From assembly GCA_964648855.1 (NCBI GenBank), contig CAZYLT010000012.1:60001-92000 (forward strand): a stretch of 32,000 nt of DNA, written 5' to 3'. The position numbers were made by a program, and so were the translations under genes. Below the pieces are notes generated by a model that did not search any database, was not told the DNA's origin, and worked only from the letters and a program-made list of their open reading frames with translations. This document shows positions 1 to 9,963 of this stretch, piece by piece; position 1 is the stretch's first letter; the number at the start of each line of letters is the position of its first letter. The stretch is from an uncultured archaeon (GTDB taxonomy: Archaea; Asgardarchaeota; Thorarchaeia; Thorarchaeales; Thorarchaeaceae).

Positions 1-1
1 G

Positions 2-238
2 GAAAAACATGATAGAATCATTGAGAAGGAGGGCTACATCTGGACCACAGAGAAGAGAAAATGGACAAAAGCTTCTGACCTGATTGATTCTAGTATCTCC
101 GAATATATGCCGAATGGGCTTCATCAATTGCATGAAACAGGAGATGTTTCCAGAAAGACACTCAATGTACTCCATAAGTACATCCTACAAATCGAAACTG
201 ATTTCACTCTTAACAATGTGGAAGAAGACAGCGAATAA
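2..238 (+). CDS. 3' end of an upstream gene (partial), possibly the C-terminus of an archaeal CCA-adding enzyme
   Basis: Frame 2 is open from the window start: EKHDRIIEKEGYIWTTEKRKWTKASDLIDSSISEYMPNGL...EEDSE*. Its stop overlaps the next ATG (TAATG at 236-240). The product guess rests only on loose resemblance of the 'GYIWTTEKRKWTKASDLI' segment. Confidence 0.45.
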   Translation, partial: EKHDRIIEKEGYIWTTEKRKWTKASDLIDSSISEYMPNGLHQLHETGDVSRKTLNVLHKYILQIETDFTLNNVEEDSE

Positions 239-1332
239 TGCAAAGGAGAAGATTCATGGTGCCAATCAAAGACATAGCAATCATCACACATCCAATGTCA
301 GGAAACCATATTCCACCTTTTCCTCGACCCCACCTTGAATCATTTGAGGCGCCAATACGCACCCAGATGATGGTTGAGTATCTCAGAAAAGCAGGATATC
401 TAGGAAAACTCACTAACAAACGAGCACCAAAGGCATCATTCGAAGACATATTGTCGGTGCATTCCCCATATCTATTGGATTCAGTTAGAGTCCTATCGAA
501 CCTAGGAAGCGGAGTTCTTGGTGAATCGGCTTATGCCAGCCCAGGACTTCTGGATAGTGCCTTATTAGCTGTAGGAGGGGCTGAATATGCAGCAGAATTG
601 GTTGTCAAAGGACACTTCACACACACTCTCTCCATAATGCGTCCTCCAGGGCATCACGCTTCCAAATCGACCCCATCAGGACTCTGTTACTTCAATAATA
701 TTGCAATAGCAGTGAGAAAGGTGCAAGAATCAGAATCCGTGAAAAAAGTAAGTATAATTGACACTGACGACCACTTCGGAAATGGAACCTCAGAAATCTT
801 CTATGCAGACCCTAGTGTGCAGTACATTGGACTACATGAATATGACTATGAGATGTTCGGAGTGGGGCACTATGACGAAATTGGCTATGGAGAGGGACTA
901 GGTACGAATGTGAATATACCTCTCCTTGAAGGCGCGTCTGATGCTAGTTATTCATCCGCGTTTGAACGCATCGTGATTCCAGCGGTAGAAGCATTTTCAC
1001 CAGACCTGATTGCGATTTCCTTAGGTTTGGATACACATTATGCAGACCCAGTTGGCAACATGAATCTTGATACGTCTAGCTACTATAAGATTGGAATGCA
1101 TATTGATGACCTCACCAAAAGGGCAGATGCATTGGGGAGTTTCAGTGTGCTTGAAGGGGGATATAACCCCATGCTATTGGGCCCGTCTGTTCGGCTCACA
1201 ATAGATGGCCTTACGGGCATCGAGATGGAGAAGATGGATGACCAAATTGACCGGCTACAAGATGAAGAGATAGAGTCTAGCAATGAAGAGATAATATCGA
1301 CTGTTCTCAGTACGATGAAGAAATACTGGTAG
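238..1332 (+). CDS. Histone deacetylase family protein (Zn-dependent deacetylase, class II-like)
   Basis: Motifs RPPGHHA, GLCYFNN, DTDDHFGNGT, NVNIPL, GLDTHYADP, LEGGY. Confidence 0.95.
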   Translation: MQRRRFMVPIKDIAIITHPMSGNHIPPFPRPHLESFEAPIRTQMMVEYLRKAGYLGKLTNKRAPKASFEDILSVHSPYLLDSVRVLSNLGSGVLGESAYASPGLLDSALLAVGGAEYAAELVVKGHFTHTLSIMRPPGHHASKSTPSGLCYFNNIAIAVRKVQESESVKKVSIIDTDDHFGNGTSEIFYADPSVQYIGLHEYDYEMFGVGHYDEIGYGEGLGTNVNIPLLEGASDASYSSAFERIVIPAVEAFSPDLIAISLGLDTHYADPVGNMNLDTSSYYKIGMHIDDLTKRADALGSFSVLEGGYNPMLLGPSVRLTIDGLTGIEMEKMDDQIDRLQDEEIESSNEEIISTVLSTMKKYW

Positions 1333-1431
1333 GATATGCCATTTGTTGAGTGAATCCAAGACGTTATGAACAGGTTTTTAGGCGCAGCCGTTGAGCCTCG
1401 AAAAGAAGTAAAGTTTTGGTGGAGAACCATT

Positions 1432-1713
1432 ATGGCTAAGAAAAGAAAATCCGGTGGCCGTACAAAAGGCAAATCCGGAAGGTCAAAGTCAGTACAGTGT
1501 TCTAAGTGTGGGAGAATGGTCCCAGTTGATAAGACCAAGAAACAAACCAAGAGAGTTTCTCTGGTGGATTATCAACTTGCTAGAGACCTCCGCAAACAAG
1601 GCGCATATGTACCAACCAAGAAAATCACTCGGTACTATTGCATTAGCTGTGCAGTCCACACCGGCAAGGTTCAGATACGAGAAGAATCAGAACGCAAATC
1701 TCATCTGAGATAG
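1432..1713 (+). CDS. rps26e: Ribosomal protein eS26 (S26e)
   Basis: MAKKRKSGGR...VQCSKCGRMVPVDK...YCISCAVH...IREESERK. Zn-binding CxxC pairs. The ATG at 1432 is preferred over the ORF-track start at 1366. Confidence 0.95.
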   Translation: MAKKRKSGGRTKGKSGRSKSVQCSKCGRMVPVDKTKKQTKRVSLVDYQLARDLRKQGAYVPTKKITRYYCISCAVHTGKVQIREESERKSHLR

Positions 1714-1789
1714 CACTTGCACATATTATCTCACAATGACCTCCCTAGCAACAAGATTAATGCAAATACTCTGAAGTTTGCAGCATTAG

Positions 1790-2392
1790 ATGGTATGCCA
1801 AATGGCTAGTTCCACCTTGAGTTTCAGGTTCATCCATGTTTTTTCGGGTATACCAGCCAAACCAGATTTCCATCTCAAAGACCTACCAGGATCCGGTAAC
1901 CGTATTGATATACTGTGTAGAGGATTAGCAGCTTGCTTTGGCTGGGCTCCCGAGTTGATTAGGAGGGAAAATATTCAGTACTATGCCGTATTGTCGGATG
2001 AGATAACGCTCAAATTTGCATACACACCAGATTGTATTGGAAGGGGAGAAACGTGGTGGGCTTCAATTATTCAGCAGGTGCTTCAAGGACAGGACGTAGA
2101 TTTCTGCCACAAAATGGATTGGGACCTCGAAAAGACAATGAAGTCCACAATTCAAGAAGGCTTTAACCTATATGTTCTTGATGAGAATGGAATCCCCCTT
2201 GATAATGCGCTCCAACAGAGCAACTCATCACAGAACAGTTTTATGCTGGGAGACCATAGAGGCTTTGCACTGGACGCCCAAAAACTGCTCGATGAAATGA
2301 ATGTGCAACAAGTGTCACTTGGAGAAAAAAGTTATCTTGGGAGTCACTGCATAGCACAAGTCATATCCAACCATGAGAGGATTTCCAAATAA
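1790..2392 (+). CDS. trmY: tRNA (pseudouridine54-N1)-methyltransferase, SPOUT family
   Basis: DFHLKDLPGSGNRIDILCR at the N-terminus; FMLGDHRGF and VSLGEKSYLGSHCI SPOUT knot at the C-terminus. The start could be 1802. Confidence 0.85.
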   Translation: MVCQMASSTLSFRFIHVFSGIPAKPDFHLKDLPGSGNRIDILCRGLAACFGWAPELIRRENIQYYAVLSDEITLKFAYTPDCIGRGETWWASIIQQVLQGQDVDFCHKMDWDLEKTMKSTIQEGFNLYVLDENGIPLDNALQQSNSSQNSFMLGDHRGFALDAQKLLDEMNVQQVSLGEKSYLGSHCIAQVISNHERISK

Positions 2393-2748
2393 TGAACCAA
2401 GATAGAATTGTTAGCGATGACTATGAAACCAAAGCCATGTCACGCCTAGAAAAGAAGATGACAAAGGAGATGCTTTGGATATACATTCTTCGACTGCTGC
2501 AGGAAAGACCCCACTATGGATATGAGATAAAGGAGCTCGTAAAGAAGAGATTTGGATTTCAACCTGCAACAGTTAGTGGGTATGCCATCATCTATCGGTT
2601 GATTAAAGATGGTCTCATAGAAGAGCAGGCAAGGGGCGATTCTAAGCGCAAATACTATGGCATTACTGAAGAAGGTCATCAAGCAATGAAGAGAGCTAAA
2701 GATTTCATTAGTGGTGTCCAAGATAGTGTCTTTGATTTGACCGAATAG
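2392..2748 (+). CDS. PadR family transcriptional regulator
   Basis: ILRLLQERPHYGYEIKELV...Y...RLIKDGLI...RKYYGITEEG. TAATG overlap with trmY. Confidence 0.9.
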   Translation: MNQDRIVSDDYETKAMSRLEKKMTKEMLWIYILRLLQERPHYGYEIKELVKKRFGFQPATVSGYAIIYRLIKDGLIEEQARGDSKRKYYGITEEGHQAMKRAKDFISGVQDSVFDLTE

Positions 2749-2763
2749 AATATGGATAGGGCA

Positions 2764-3516
2764 CTAGAATTCAGCAGGATGTTCTTGTTTCGTGTTTCGT
2801 TGGATCATTTTATTCGCATATGCTAGTCGTTGATATACCGTAAAGTGTGAGAGAATTGCCACTAGTGCAATACAGAAAGTGAGAATATTCGTGATTGCAA
2901 TGGATACGAAGAATTCAGCAATTATAGATGGAAAGAGCGAAAGGAGGTCCATCCAGATATTAGTTGCTGGTAGAGCTAACAAGAGAATACCGGCGAAAGT
3001 CAGTAAGAGCTTCTCTTGACGTTCGGCAATGCCTACTGCGCAATCATCCATGCCTCCAATCGATTCAGCTTTTGCTCTCGAGAAACTTGCCATAATCATC
3101 CCAAATAATGCGAGGAAACCCCATTGCCAGGGTACGAATGTAGCACCACTTGACAGAAACCACCAAGGAATAGCGGGTTGAACCGCAGGACCGGCCATAA
3201 GACCGAACATGAAAAAGAACTCTGCATATCTATCCAATGTATGGTCAAAGGTCGCACCGAATGGTGTTGCTAGATTGGCTGCTCTTGCGACGGCTCCGTC
3301 AAACATATCCATCACAACTGTCAGAAGCATGAATACAAACCCTAGCAGAAGGCTGCCCTGATAGAACAGGTAAGCTGTGAATATTGAAACGAGGACAGTT
3401 AACCCTGTTATCATATTGGGAGTGAGTCCTGTTTTTGCCAATGCTCGTCCAATTGGCATCATGGCTTCCTTGTATCGTCCTCTAAGCGCACCTAGCATAT
3501 CCATCCACTCGTCCAA
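2764..3516 (-). CDS. CDP-alcohol phosphatidyltransferase (archaetidylinositol-phosphate synthase-like)
   Basis: TPNMIT and the D-x2-DG-x2-AR-x8-G-x3-D-x3-D motif (DMFDGAVARAANLATPFGATFDHTLDR). Multiple TM segments. Confidence 0.93.
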   Translation of the reverse strand: MDEWMDMLGALRGRYKEAMMPIGRALAKTGLTPNMITGLTVLVSIFTAYLFYQGSLLLGFVFMLLTVVMDMFDGAVARAANLATPFGATFDHTLDRYAEFFFMFGLMAGPAVQPAIPWWFLSSGATFVPWQWGFLALFGMIMASFSRAKAESIGGMDDCAVGIAERQEKLLLTFAGILLLALPATNIWMDLLSLFPSIIAEFFVSIAITNILTFCIALVAILSHFTVYQRLAYANKMIQRNTKQEHPAEF

Positions 3517-3572
3517 TACCTAGACTGGCCGAACCCGAGCAAGGATGGTAATAAACGTGTTGTGCCCAGAAT

Positions 3573-5246
3573 CTACTTACTTTCCAGTGCCTTGTTTATT
3601 CGCTCAATAACCCACTCTCGGCCGAGCATATTGATGAAGGGACCAAGACGCGGACCAGATTTGCTCGATATCAAAACCCGGTAGAGTACAGTGAATGCCC
3701 TTCTAACCTTGAAATCCAATTCGTTAGCAGTTTCAAACACAGCAGTCTGAATCTCCTCATCTTGTAGTGGACCTTTTTGTAAGAGATTCAGTATTTCACG
3801 CAAAAATGTGACATCTTCAGGAGTAAGAGTGCCTACAACCTGCTTTGGTATTTCGTCAGGAACTTGGATAAGGTCTCTTTTCGAGCCGAACATCTCAACC
3901 CATGCCTGTGCACGTCGTAGTCTGACAGGGATTTGCTTCTTTGCGGCATCAGGAACTGTTTCTAGGTCATATTGCTGTTTCAATGCCTCTTCGCTTCGAG
4001 CAACAATTATACCCATTCCTAGGAGATTTTCAAGCTGAGACAGTACCACTGCAAATTTGAATGGGAGTTTGGGGATGTATTCCTCCGAAATCGGACCGGT
4101 CAACGCTAAGGGATATACTACTTGTGCCAAAGCCTGTGTTTCATCGTCGGTATCTTCTAGACCATAGTAAACTCGTTCGAAACGTTCGAATTCGTCAATC
4201 ATATCAGGAATTGCTTCCGGCCGTATATTCACAGCTCGTGCTAGGTCGGTCCTCAGCATAATGAAACGGTAAAGCTCAGGAGGAGCGATCTGCAACCAAG
4301 TCTTCGGAGTGAAAACAATACCTTCAGAGGTACTCATGTCCCGACCACTTATCCTGACCCACTCGTACGGAACTTTGACCGGTCCATCCCAGTCAAATAC
4401 GCGTCGAGAAACCTCCAGTCCTGTATCGTAAGAACCCCCTTTCACCGAGTGGTCTTTTCCAGCAGGCTCACAACTAACGTCAAGGACATACCATTTCGCT
4501 GGCCAATCAACACGCCAAGTCAATTTGATTCGCACATCAGTGAGAGGGAGGGTAGATCTGTGACCACATCCAGGGCACTCGAAGGATACCATATCATTTT
4601 CTTCATCATAGTCTGTGACTCTGTTTGGTACTATCTCACCTTTTGCCCCAGATTGAAATTTCCCGCATTCCGGGCAAATCACTGAGGCAGGATACCAAGA
4701 TTCCATCGCACTGAGATACTGCTTCTTTTGTTCAGGATTGAAATCCTTTGCAACATACTCCTTCATTATCTCGCGAATGATTTCTGTTTTCTTCAAACAT
4801 ATACGAACTGCATCAAGCATTTCGTCAGTTCCATACAACTTGCTTGTCCATACAATCTCTGGGTCTATACCAAACTCCGGGAATGTTTCGATGAGTTCGT
4901 TCGCCCAATGGGCTCCAAAACTCTCACAACACCCAAATTCATCCGGGACATCAGAATAGGGGACTCCAGCCCATTCAGAGAGCGACAAACTAACTGATTG
5001 CGGAAGAGACCTGAGTGGATCATAATCATCAACTACAAACATTGAACGAGCTTCTTTTTCTAGGCGAAGGAGTTCTCGTTTAATTACATCTGCGATTATC
5101 AGTTCTCTCATTATACCGATATGGATGCTGCCACTTGGGCTCTTCCCTGTAGAAATGAGATAATCGTCAAATCCCCGTTCTACTGTTTCTTGTACAACAT
5201 CTTCTATCCAATGTATCGAGAATTCTTTATCTACTCCTTCGGACAA
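3573..5246 (-). CDS. lysS: Lysine--tRNA ligase, class I
   Basis: STGKSPSGSIHIG (HIGH-like), KLTWRVDWPAKW, EPAGKDH, MSTSEG (KMSKS-like), GPRLGPF, Zn-binding CxxC pairs. Confidence 0.97.
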   Translation of the reverse strand: MSEGVDKEFSIHWIEDVVQETVERGFDDYLISTGKSPSGSIHIGIMRELIIADVIKRELLRLEKEARSMFVVDDYDPLRSLPQSVSLSLSEWAGVPYSDVPDEFGCCESFGAHWANELIETFPEFGIDPEIVWTSKLYGTDEMLDAVRICLKKTEIIREIMKEYVAKDFNPEQKKQYLSAMESWYPASVICPECGKFQSGAKGEIVPNRVTDYDEENDMVSFECPGCGHRSTLPLTDVRIKLTWRVDWPAKWYVLDVSCEPAGKDHSVKGGSYDTGLEVSRRVFDWDGPVKVPYEWVRISGRDMSTSEGIVFTPKTWLQIAPPELYRFIMLRTDLARAVNIRPEAIPDMIDEFERFERVYYGLEDTDDETQALAQVVYPLALTGPISEEYIPKLPFKFAVVLSQLENLLGMGIIVARSEEALKQQYDLETVPDAAKKQIPVRLRRAQAWVEMFGSKRDLIQVPDEIPKQVVGTLTPEDVTFLREILNLLQKGPLQDEEIQTAVFETANELDFKVRRAFTVLYRVLISSKSGPRLGPFINMLGREWVIERINKALESK

Positions 5247-5296
5247 GTTTCTTACCTCAAGAGCCCACCAGCTGAATTTCTAAAGAACGTTTCCAA

Positions 5297-7147
5297 TTAC
5301 ACTGCAAATTCGGAAATACGTAGGTCCTTTCTACTCATAAAAATCAAGTAGACGGGAATGGCGGCAAGAACGATTACTCCCAGAAGTGCCAATAGTAGGA
5401 GCCCAGCTGTAAAAGGAAGATAGACGAGAGAGGGAACGGAGGCCTCGGGAACCAAGAAGAATACACTGAATAGGACTGATACAAAGAGTGCAGGAATACC
5501 ACTTTTCATTCCCATACTGAGTCCTTCAGCAATTATTGTCTTTGCAATGAAACTTGGGGAGGCCCCCACTGATCGCATGACAACATAGTCCCTGAATCTG
5601 CTGAACACTGAAATCAGCATATAATACATCAATCCAAGAAAAGCGCTCACCAGTGCCATGATTGGAATAGGCTGCATCAGGCTCCAATACGACCCAATGA
5701 TACCCTGATTGGCTTCGAGTATTTCTTGTTGTTCGTATATCGAGAGTCCATATTCCTCAGCCAATAGACGGAGTTGAACTACTGTAGATTCCGTGTACCT
5801 GCTTAGTTGAACTAATACTAAGTTTACACCATTCATATCGAAAATATCCTGCATACGAGCAAGTGGTATTAGTGCCACTCTTCCACCGTTCAGAATTTCA
5901 AAAGCAATCCCATTTATCTCAAATGAGCTGCCTCTTATTCCTACAGATTGTATCAACGGATCTTCAAATGAGTTGATTGCGATTTCACCACCAATCCAGG
6001 CAGATGTGGTTGTATTGACTTCAGTGCCCTCATAATACCAATCGGAGAGTGTGTTTTCCCAATCAATACCGACAACAAGGGCGTCAACTACTCTGTCTTC
6101 ACCTATCCGTTCATATCTTTCTAGGGTTGGATTCCATATTATAGCTGGATTCTCTGCAACCTCCGCAAACTGGACTAAGCGGCCTTCTATTCCATCTACA
6201 GCACTCATTTCGGATGCTTCCACTAAGAGCTCTTGGGGTATGAACTGCTGATTCCCTGTATAATTGAAGGGAGCACTAAGTTGATTCCCATCTAGCCGGT
6301 ATGAATCATAGTACTGACTGAGGAGACCAGGATCACCAATTGCCACAACGTTCTCACCCATAGACCTAGTAACATAGGAGTCCATTGTTGTTTCAACGAT
6401 GCCTCCACCTATCAGCAATACGGATGCAAGTGAAAAGGACAAGAAGAGCGAGAGGATAGTTCGCCGGGTGCCTTGGATTCTTCTTCCGGTACCTTTTGTC
6501 GCGATTTTGAATGGGAGCCCAAAACTATCCATCAAACCATACTTCTTCACTTTCATTCCCACATCAGGATTGAGAGCCCGGATAGGAGACTCGTGAACAG
6601 CATCATAGATTGGCTTTTGCGCTGCGAAATAGCCCACAAATAGCAGAAGACCGGCTATCAGTAGAATCTGAACCCATGGGAAGACAAAGACAAATTCTAA
6701 ACCGGGTACTGCAAAGGCTAACCAAATCAACCCCAATAGGTATAGGAAACTCCCCAGAGCAACACCTAGAATGGTGCCAACACCTAAGATGATTACAGAC
6801 TGCGCCATAAAATGGTCAAAAATGGTATCTATGAGAGTGCCAATGGATTTCATTAATCCAATATCCTTCCGACGACTCACAATTTCTAGGGAGATATTGC
6901 TAGAAACGACGGTCACACCGAGGGATATGATCAAGATGAGAGCAGCCCAAATGAAAGTTTCAAAAAAGACTCCAAGGGCAGAGGCGAGCCCGATAGATGT
7001 GAGGGTTGATGTTACATCTAGCATGACATTTGAGAATAGGAATAGGAATGTTGTTGCACCTACTACAGTCGCAATGGAAAGTAATACTACTGAGGTTCTG
7101 AAGGGGCGCCGCTTGAGGTCTTGTGAAGCATAGTCCTGTTCAGACAT
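5297..7147 (-). CDS. ABC transporter permease, FtsX/MacB-like (two FtsX domains)
   Basis: RRKDIGLMKSIG and RFRDYVVMRSVGAS FtsX motifs, many TM helices and one large extracytoplasmic domain. The ATG at 7147 overlaps the ATPase stop. Confidence 0.9.
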   Translation of the reverse strand: MSEQDYASQDLKRRPFRTSVVLLSIATVVGATTFLFLFSNVMLDVTSTLTSIGLASALGVFFETFIWAALILIISLGVTVVSSNISLEIVSRRKDIGLMKSIGTLIDTIFDHFMAQSVIILGVGTILGVALGSFLYLLGLIWLAFAVPGLEFVFVFPWVQILLIAGLLLFVGYFAAQKPIYDAVHESPIRALNPDVGMKVKKYGLMDSFGLPFKIATKGTGRRIQGTRRTILSLFLSFSLASVLLIGGGIVETTMDSYVTRSMGENVVAIGDPGLLSQYYDSYRLDGNQLSAPFNYTGNQQFIPQELLVEASEMSAVDGIEGRLVQFAEVAENPAIIWNPTLERYERIGEDRVVDALVVGIDWENTLSDWYYEGTEVNTTTSAWIGGEIAINSFEDPLIQSVGIRGSSFEINGIAFEILNGGRVALIPLARMQDIFDMNGVNLVLVQLSRYTESTVVQLRLLAEEYGLSIYEQQEILEANQGIIGSYWSLMQPIPIMALVSAFLGLMYYMLISVFSRFRDYVVMRSVGASPSFIAKTIIAEGLSMGMKSGIPALFVSVLFSVFFLVPEASVPSLVYLPFTAGLLLLALLGVIVLAAIPVYLIFMSRKDLRISEFAV

Positions 7148-7898
7148 TTTCACCAATAACCCCATTTTTCATTGTGAGTAGTCGAACTCGGTCTTGCTCA
7201 ATGATATTGATATCGTGCGTCATGCACAGCACGGTCTTTCCAGACTCATTCAGCCAAAGCAGTACATCACGAATCATCTGTGCTGACTCAGCATCAAGAT
7301 TGGCAGTGGGTTCATCAGCCAGAATGATAGGGGGATCATTTGCCATAGCCCGCGCAATTGCCACTCTTTGTTGCTCGCCTGAACTTAACTGCCAAGGAAG
7401 ATGGTCTGTTCTTTCACCAAGGCCAACTCTCCGCAGCAGTTTGTCCGCTTCTTCCTCTGCATCAAGCTCCATGTCATCAAACAGCTGCATGGGAAACATG
7501 ACGTTTTCTAATGCAGTAAGGGTGGAAATCAGATTGTAGCTTTGAAAGATGAAGCCAGTATTTGTTAATCGGAAGAGAGCACGAAAGTGTTCATCATAGT
7601 CCCCGATTGGTACATCCATGACCAATACCCTGCCAGATGTTGGATAATCAATCGCACCAATCAAATTTAGAAGTGTCGTTTTACCTGATCCAGATGGCCC
7701 TTCAACAACCACAAATTTGCCGGGGTTCACTTCGAGGTCGGTCTTCCTTACTGCAACGATTTCCCGGTTCCCCAAAGAATAGCTTCGAGTCACATCAACC
7801 AGCTTGATTGCATTCTTGACTTCTTCCGAGCCAAGAGATTCCATGAAGTCAAACTCGTCATCCATTGGTGCTAGGTCAACTGATGTGTCATCGTCCAA
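7140..7898 (-). CDS. ABC transporter ATP-binding protein (LolD/MacB type)
   Basis: Walker A GPSGSGKT, GFIFQSYNL, signature LSSGEQQRVAIARA, Walker B ILADEPT, H-switch THD. Confidence 0.96.
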   Translation of the reverse strand: MDDDTSVDLAPMDDEFDFMESLGSEEVKNAIKLVDVTRSYSLGNREIVAVRKTDLEVNPGKFVVVEGPSGSGKTTLLNLIGAIDYPTSGRVLVMDVPIGDYDEHFRALFRLTNTGFIFQSYNLISTLTALENVMFPMQLFDDMELDAEEEADKLLRRVGLGERTDHLPWQLSSGEQQRVAIARAMANDPPIILADEPTANLDAESAQMIRDVLLWLNESGKTVLCMTHDINIIEQDRVRLLTMKNGVIGENV

Positions 7899-8025
7899 TT
7901 CTATTTCACCTATGTTTGCAGTGGGCTCAATTGAGGAAATTGACCAACGTGCTACTGTATTCCTTGTTATCAGACATAGGACTGCGTTATCGTTCTAAGA
8001 TAAACATGGGGTTTAAGGAGTGAAG

Positions 8026-8778
8026 TCACACGAGTTCAAAGCTTGTAAGTGCCTGGTCAGCCCATTTGGTTAGGGCTAAGGGACGTTCACGGCCAAATAC
8101 TCTGATAGTTCGAAGAACTCCTGATTCGACAAGACTGTTCGCATAATAGGATACCAGACTCTTATCGATGTCCAGGGTTCTACTCAAAACAGCCTGTGTG
8201 ATGCGTCCTTCGGTTTTGACTTCAGAGAGTATTGAACGAATTGTAGGATTTCTCGTCATGGAGGCAAGCATGAGAGTGTTTTCATCATCCGAATAATTTC
8301 GCATGAAGAAATGTCGTGAGTTGCCATTCCTGATAGATATAACCTGACCATCAGCCTCCAAATTGTCTATATGATACTGAAGAGCACCCATAGCACAGTC
8401 TACTGACCGCTGTAGCTCTCTGAGATGGATTCCAGGATTAGCCTCTATTTCGATAAGAATCCGGTCGCGAAGTGAAAGTTGTTCGTCTTCACTTCTTCGT
8501 TCCGAGGCGACTGTGCCGATTGCAAATGCGACAACAGTACTCACTGTGAGAGACCTAGTTAGAAAACTGGGAAAGAGAACGGATGTACCACTAGCCATAG
8601 GAATAGACAGCATCTGAACATCCAGTGAGCCAATATCTGAATCATAGGAAAGAGGAATATCTTGAATAGCAGCGTCACCTACTACTGCATTAGAACTGAT
8701 CAAAAAAATGCTGACTAGACCGGTCATCATTAAGGATAGAGCTAATGCCATTAGTATTTTCTGACTGCGATCGCCCAT
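8026..8778 (-). CDS. Membrane-anchored winged-helix transcriptional regulator (N-terminal hydrophobic segments plus two wHTH domains)
   Basis: Hydrophobic N-terminus, then IEANPGIHLRELQR...GALQYHIDNLE and a second HTH ITQAVLSRTLDIDKSLVSYY. Confidence 0.8.
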   Translation of the reverse strand: MGDRSQKILMALALSLMMTGLVSIFLISSNAVVGDAAIQDIPLSYDSDIGSLDVQMLSIPMASGTSVLFPSFLTRSLTVSTVVAFAIGTVASERRSEDEQLSLRDRILIEIEANPGIHLRELQRSVDCAMGALQYHIDNLEADGQVISIRNGNSRHFFMRNYSDDENTLMLASMTRNPTIRSILSEVKTEGRITQAVLSRTLDIDKSLVSYYANSLVESGVLRTIRVFGRERPLALTKWADQALTSFELV

Positions 8779-8802
8779 CTTATGCCTATTCTAACATACT
8801 TC

Positions 8803-8812
8803 AATATATATT
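8803..8812 (-). promoter_or_regulatory. Putative TATA box for the wHTH gene
   Basis: AATATATATT lies 25-34 nt upstream of the ATG at 8778, typical spacing for an archaeal leaderless or short-leader transcript. Confidence 0.4.
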
Positions 8813-8840
8813 TAGGGCATTGGTATGTGCAATGTTCGTA

Positions 8841-9392
8841 CTATTCTCCTCTTGGCGGGTAACTCATCTTTATGTGAAATGAGCACAGCTCGTGTCCAGT
8901 TGCCATACATCTCTCTTCTACTACAGTAAGAGTTTCATATTCTATTCTATTATAGTCGGTTAGATACTCTAGGACAGACTCAATAAAGCCGCGCAAAAAG
9001 TAGCAAGATGGATCTTCGCTTTCATATCCTGAGGCGTACGGATTATCACGAATCTCGATTATTGCTTCTTCATCCAACCAAAGCTTGTAAAGCTTGGCAA
9101 TTTTGATGTCGCCGAACGGCACTATTAGAGTTTCCAGAGCCATTCTTATGAACTCAACAATACCCTTGAAATCTCCAGGAGGTTTTTGGTCCCCAATTTT
9201 GAAGTATTCTCGCTGTGCTTCAAGTCCTGCAAGACGTCCTGCAGAGTAATACAAGTCTCGCACTCTATCGGGAAACATAACTCCTATGCGATTTCCGATT
9301 TTGGTCCATGTCTTTCCAAAAAAGGCACGCATTAGCTCCTGCTCTTTTAGTCGACCTTTCCACCATTCAATGACTTCATCCTGATTAGACAT
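8841..9392 (-). CDS. V4R (4-vinyl reductase) domain protein
   Basis: NPYASG...PSCYFLRGFIE...EERCMATGHELCSFHI, the canonical V4R C / E-x-x-C-x-A-x-G-x3-C pattern. Confidence 0.85.
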   Translation of the reverse strand: MSNQDEVIEWWKGRLKEQELMRAFFGKTWTKIGNRIGVMFPDRVRDLYYSAGRLAGLEAQREYFKIGDQKPPGDFKGIVEFIRMALETLIVPFGDIKIAKLYKLWLDEEAIIEIRDNPYASGYESEDPSCYFLRGFIESVLEYLTDYNRIEYETLTVVEERCMATGHELCSFHIKMSYPPRGE

Positions 9393-9464
9393 CTTGGTCT
9401 CTCCAGTCTAGCTCTCAAAGGAGTGGTAGGTTAAGTGCTTTATGTTGATAAATTAAAATCCAAT

Positions 9465-9938
9465 CTATCCTAGCCGGACATTCCAAACGCAAACTTCTGC
9501 ACCGGTAGCACGACTCATTTCTTGAAAGACCTTCACGTCAACTCCCTTAAAGTCCAGAATAGATTCCAATATGCCACTAAAAATCTCGCAGTATCCAAAT
9601 CCGCGCATTCCCTCGAGGTTCACTTCTTGGCACCAGACGCACTCTTCGTCTGTCACACGGATTGATCCTCGTGCGGAGTCCATATCCAAGTCGTCAGGCT
9701 TCTTATCATATAGGACTTTGAAAACGGATTCAATGAGTTTGGATACGTCTTCTCGAGTGGTTATCGTGTCTTTGGTTTTATCAGCAATCTCGGTATTTAG
9801 GTATAGATTTGTACCCAACCCACGACCGATATCACGAAGCCTTTCATTTGCAGCCTCGATATTACTGGTCTCCTCCATCACACCATCTACTATCCAACCA
9901 TATATACTAAGCAACAATGGATTCTCGATATCGCCCAT
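9465..9938 (-). CDS. Bet3/TRAPP-like V4R-fold protein (copy B)
   Basis: LLSIYG...ANERLRDIGRGLG (Bet3-like helices), CVWC...YCEIFSGILESIL...QEMSRATGAEVC. Colinear with 12354-12860. Confidence 0.75.
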   Translation of the reverse strand: MGDIENPLLLSIYGWIVDGVMEETSNIEAANERLRDIGRGLGTNLYLNTEIADKTKDTITTREDVSKLIESVFKVLYDKKPDDLDMDSARGSIRVTDEECVWCQEVNLEGMRGFGYCEIFSGILESILDFKGVDVKVFQEMSRATGAEVCVWNVRLG

Positions 9939-9963
9939 TAGGATGAAACCTCACTTATGACTA

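Noticed and set aside
238-1332. Histone deacetylase as a eukaryotic signature protein
   Set aside because: HDAC-family deacetylases are widespread in prokaryotes; nothing here indicates histone specificity.
1366-1431. N-terminal extension of eS26 in the ORF track
   Set aside because: The family starts at MAKKR (1432); the extension is probably promoter/leader sequence.
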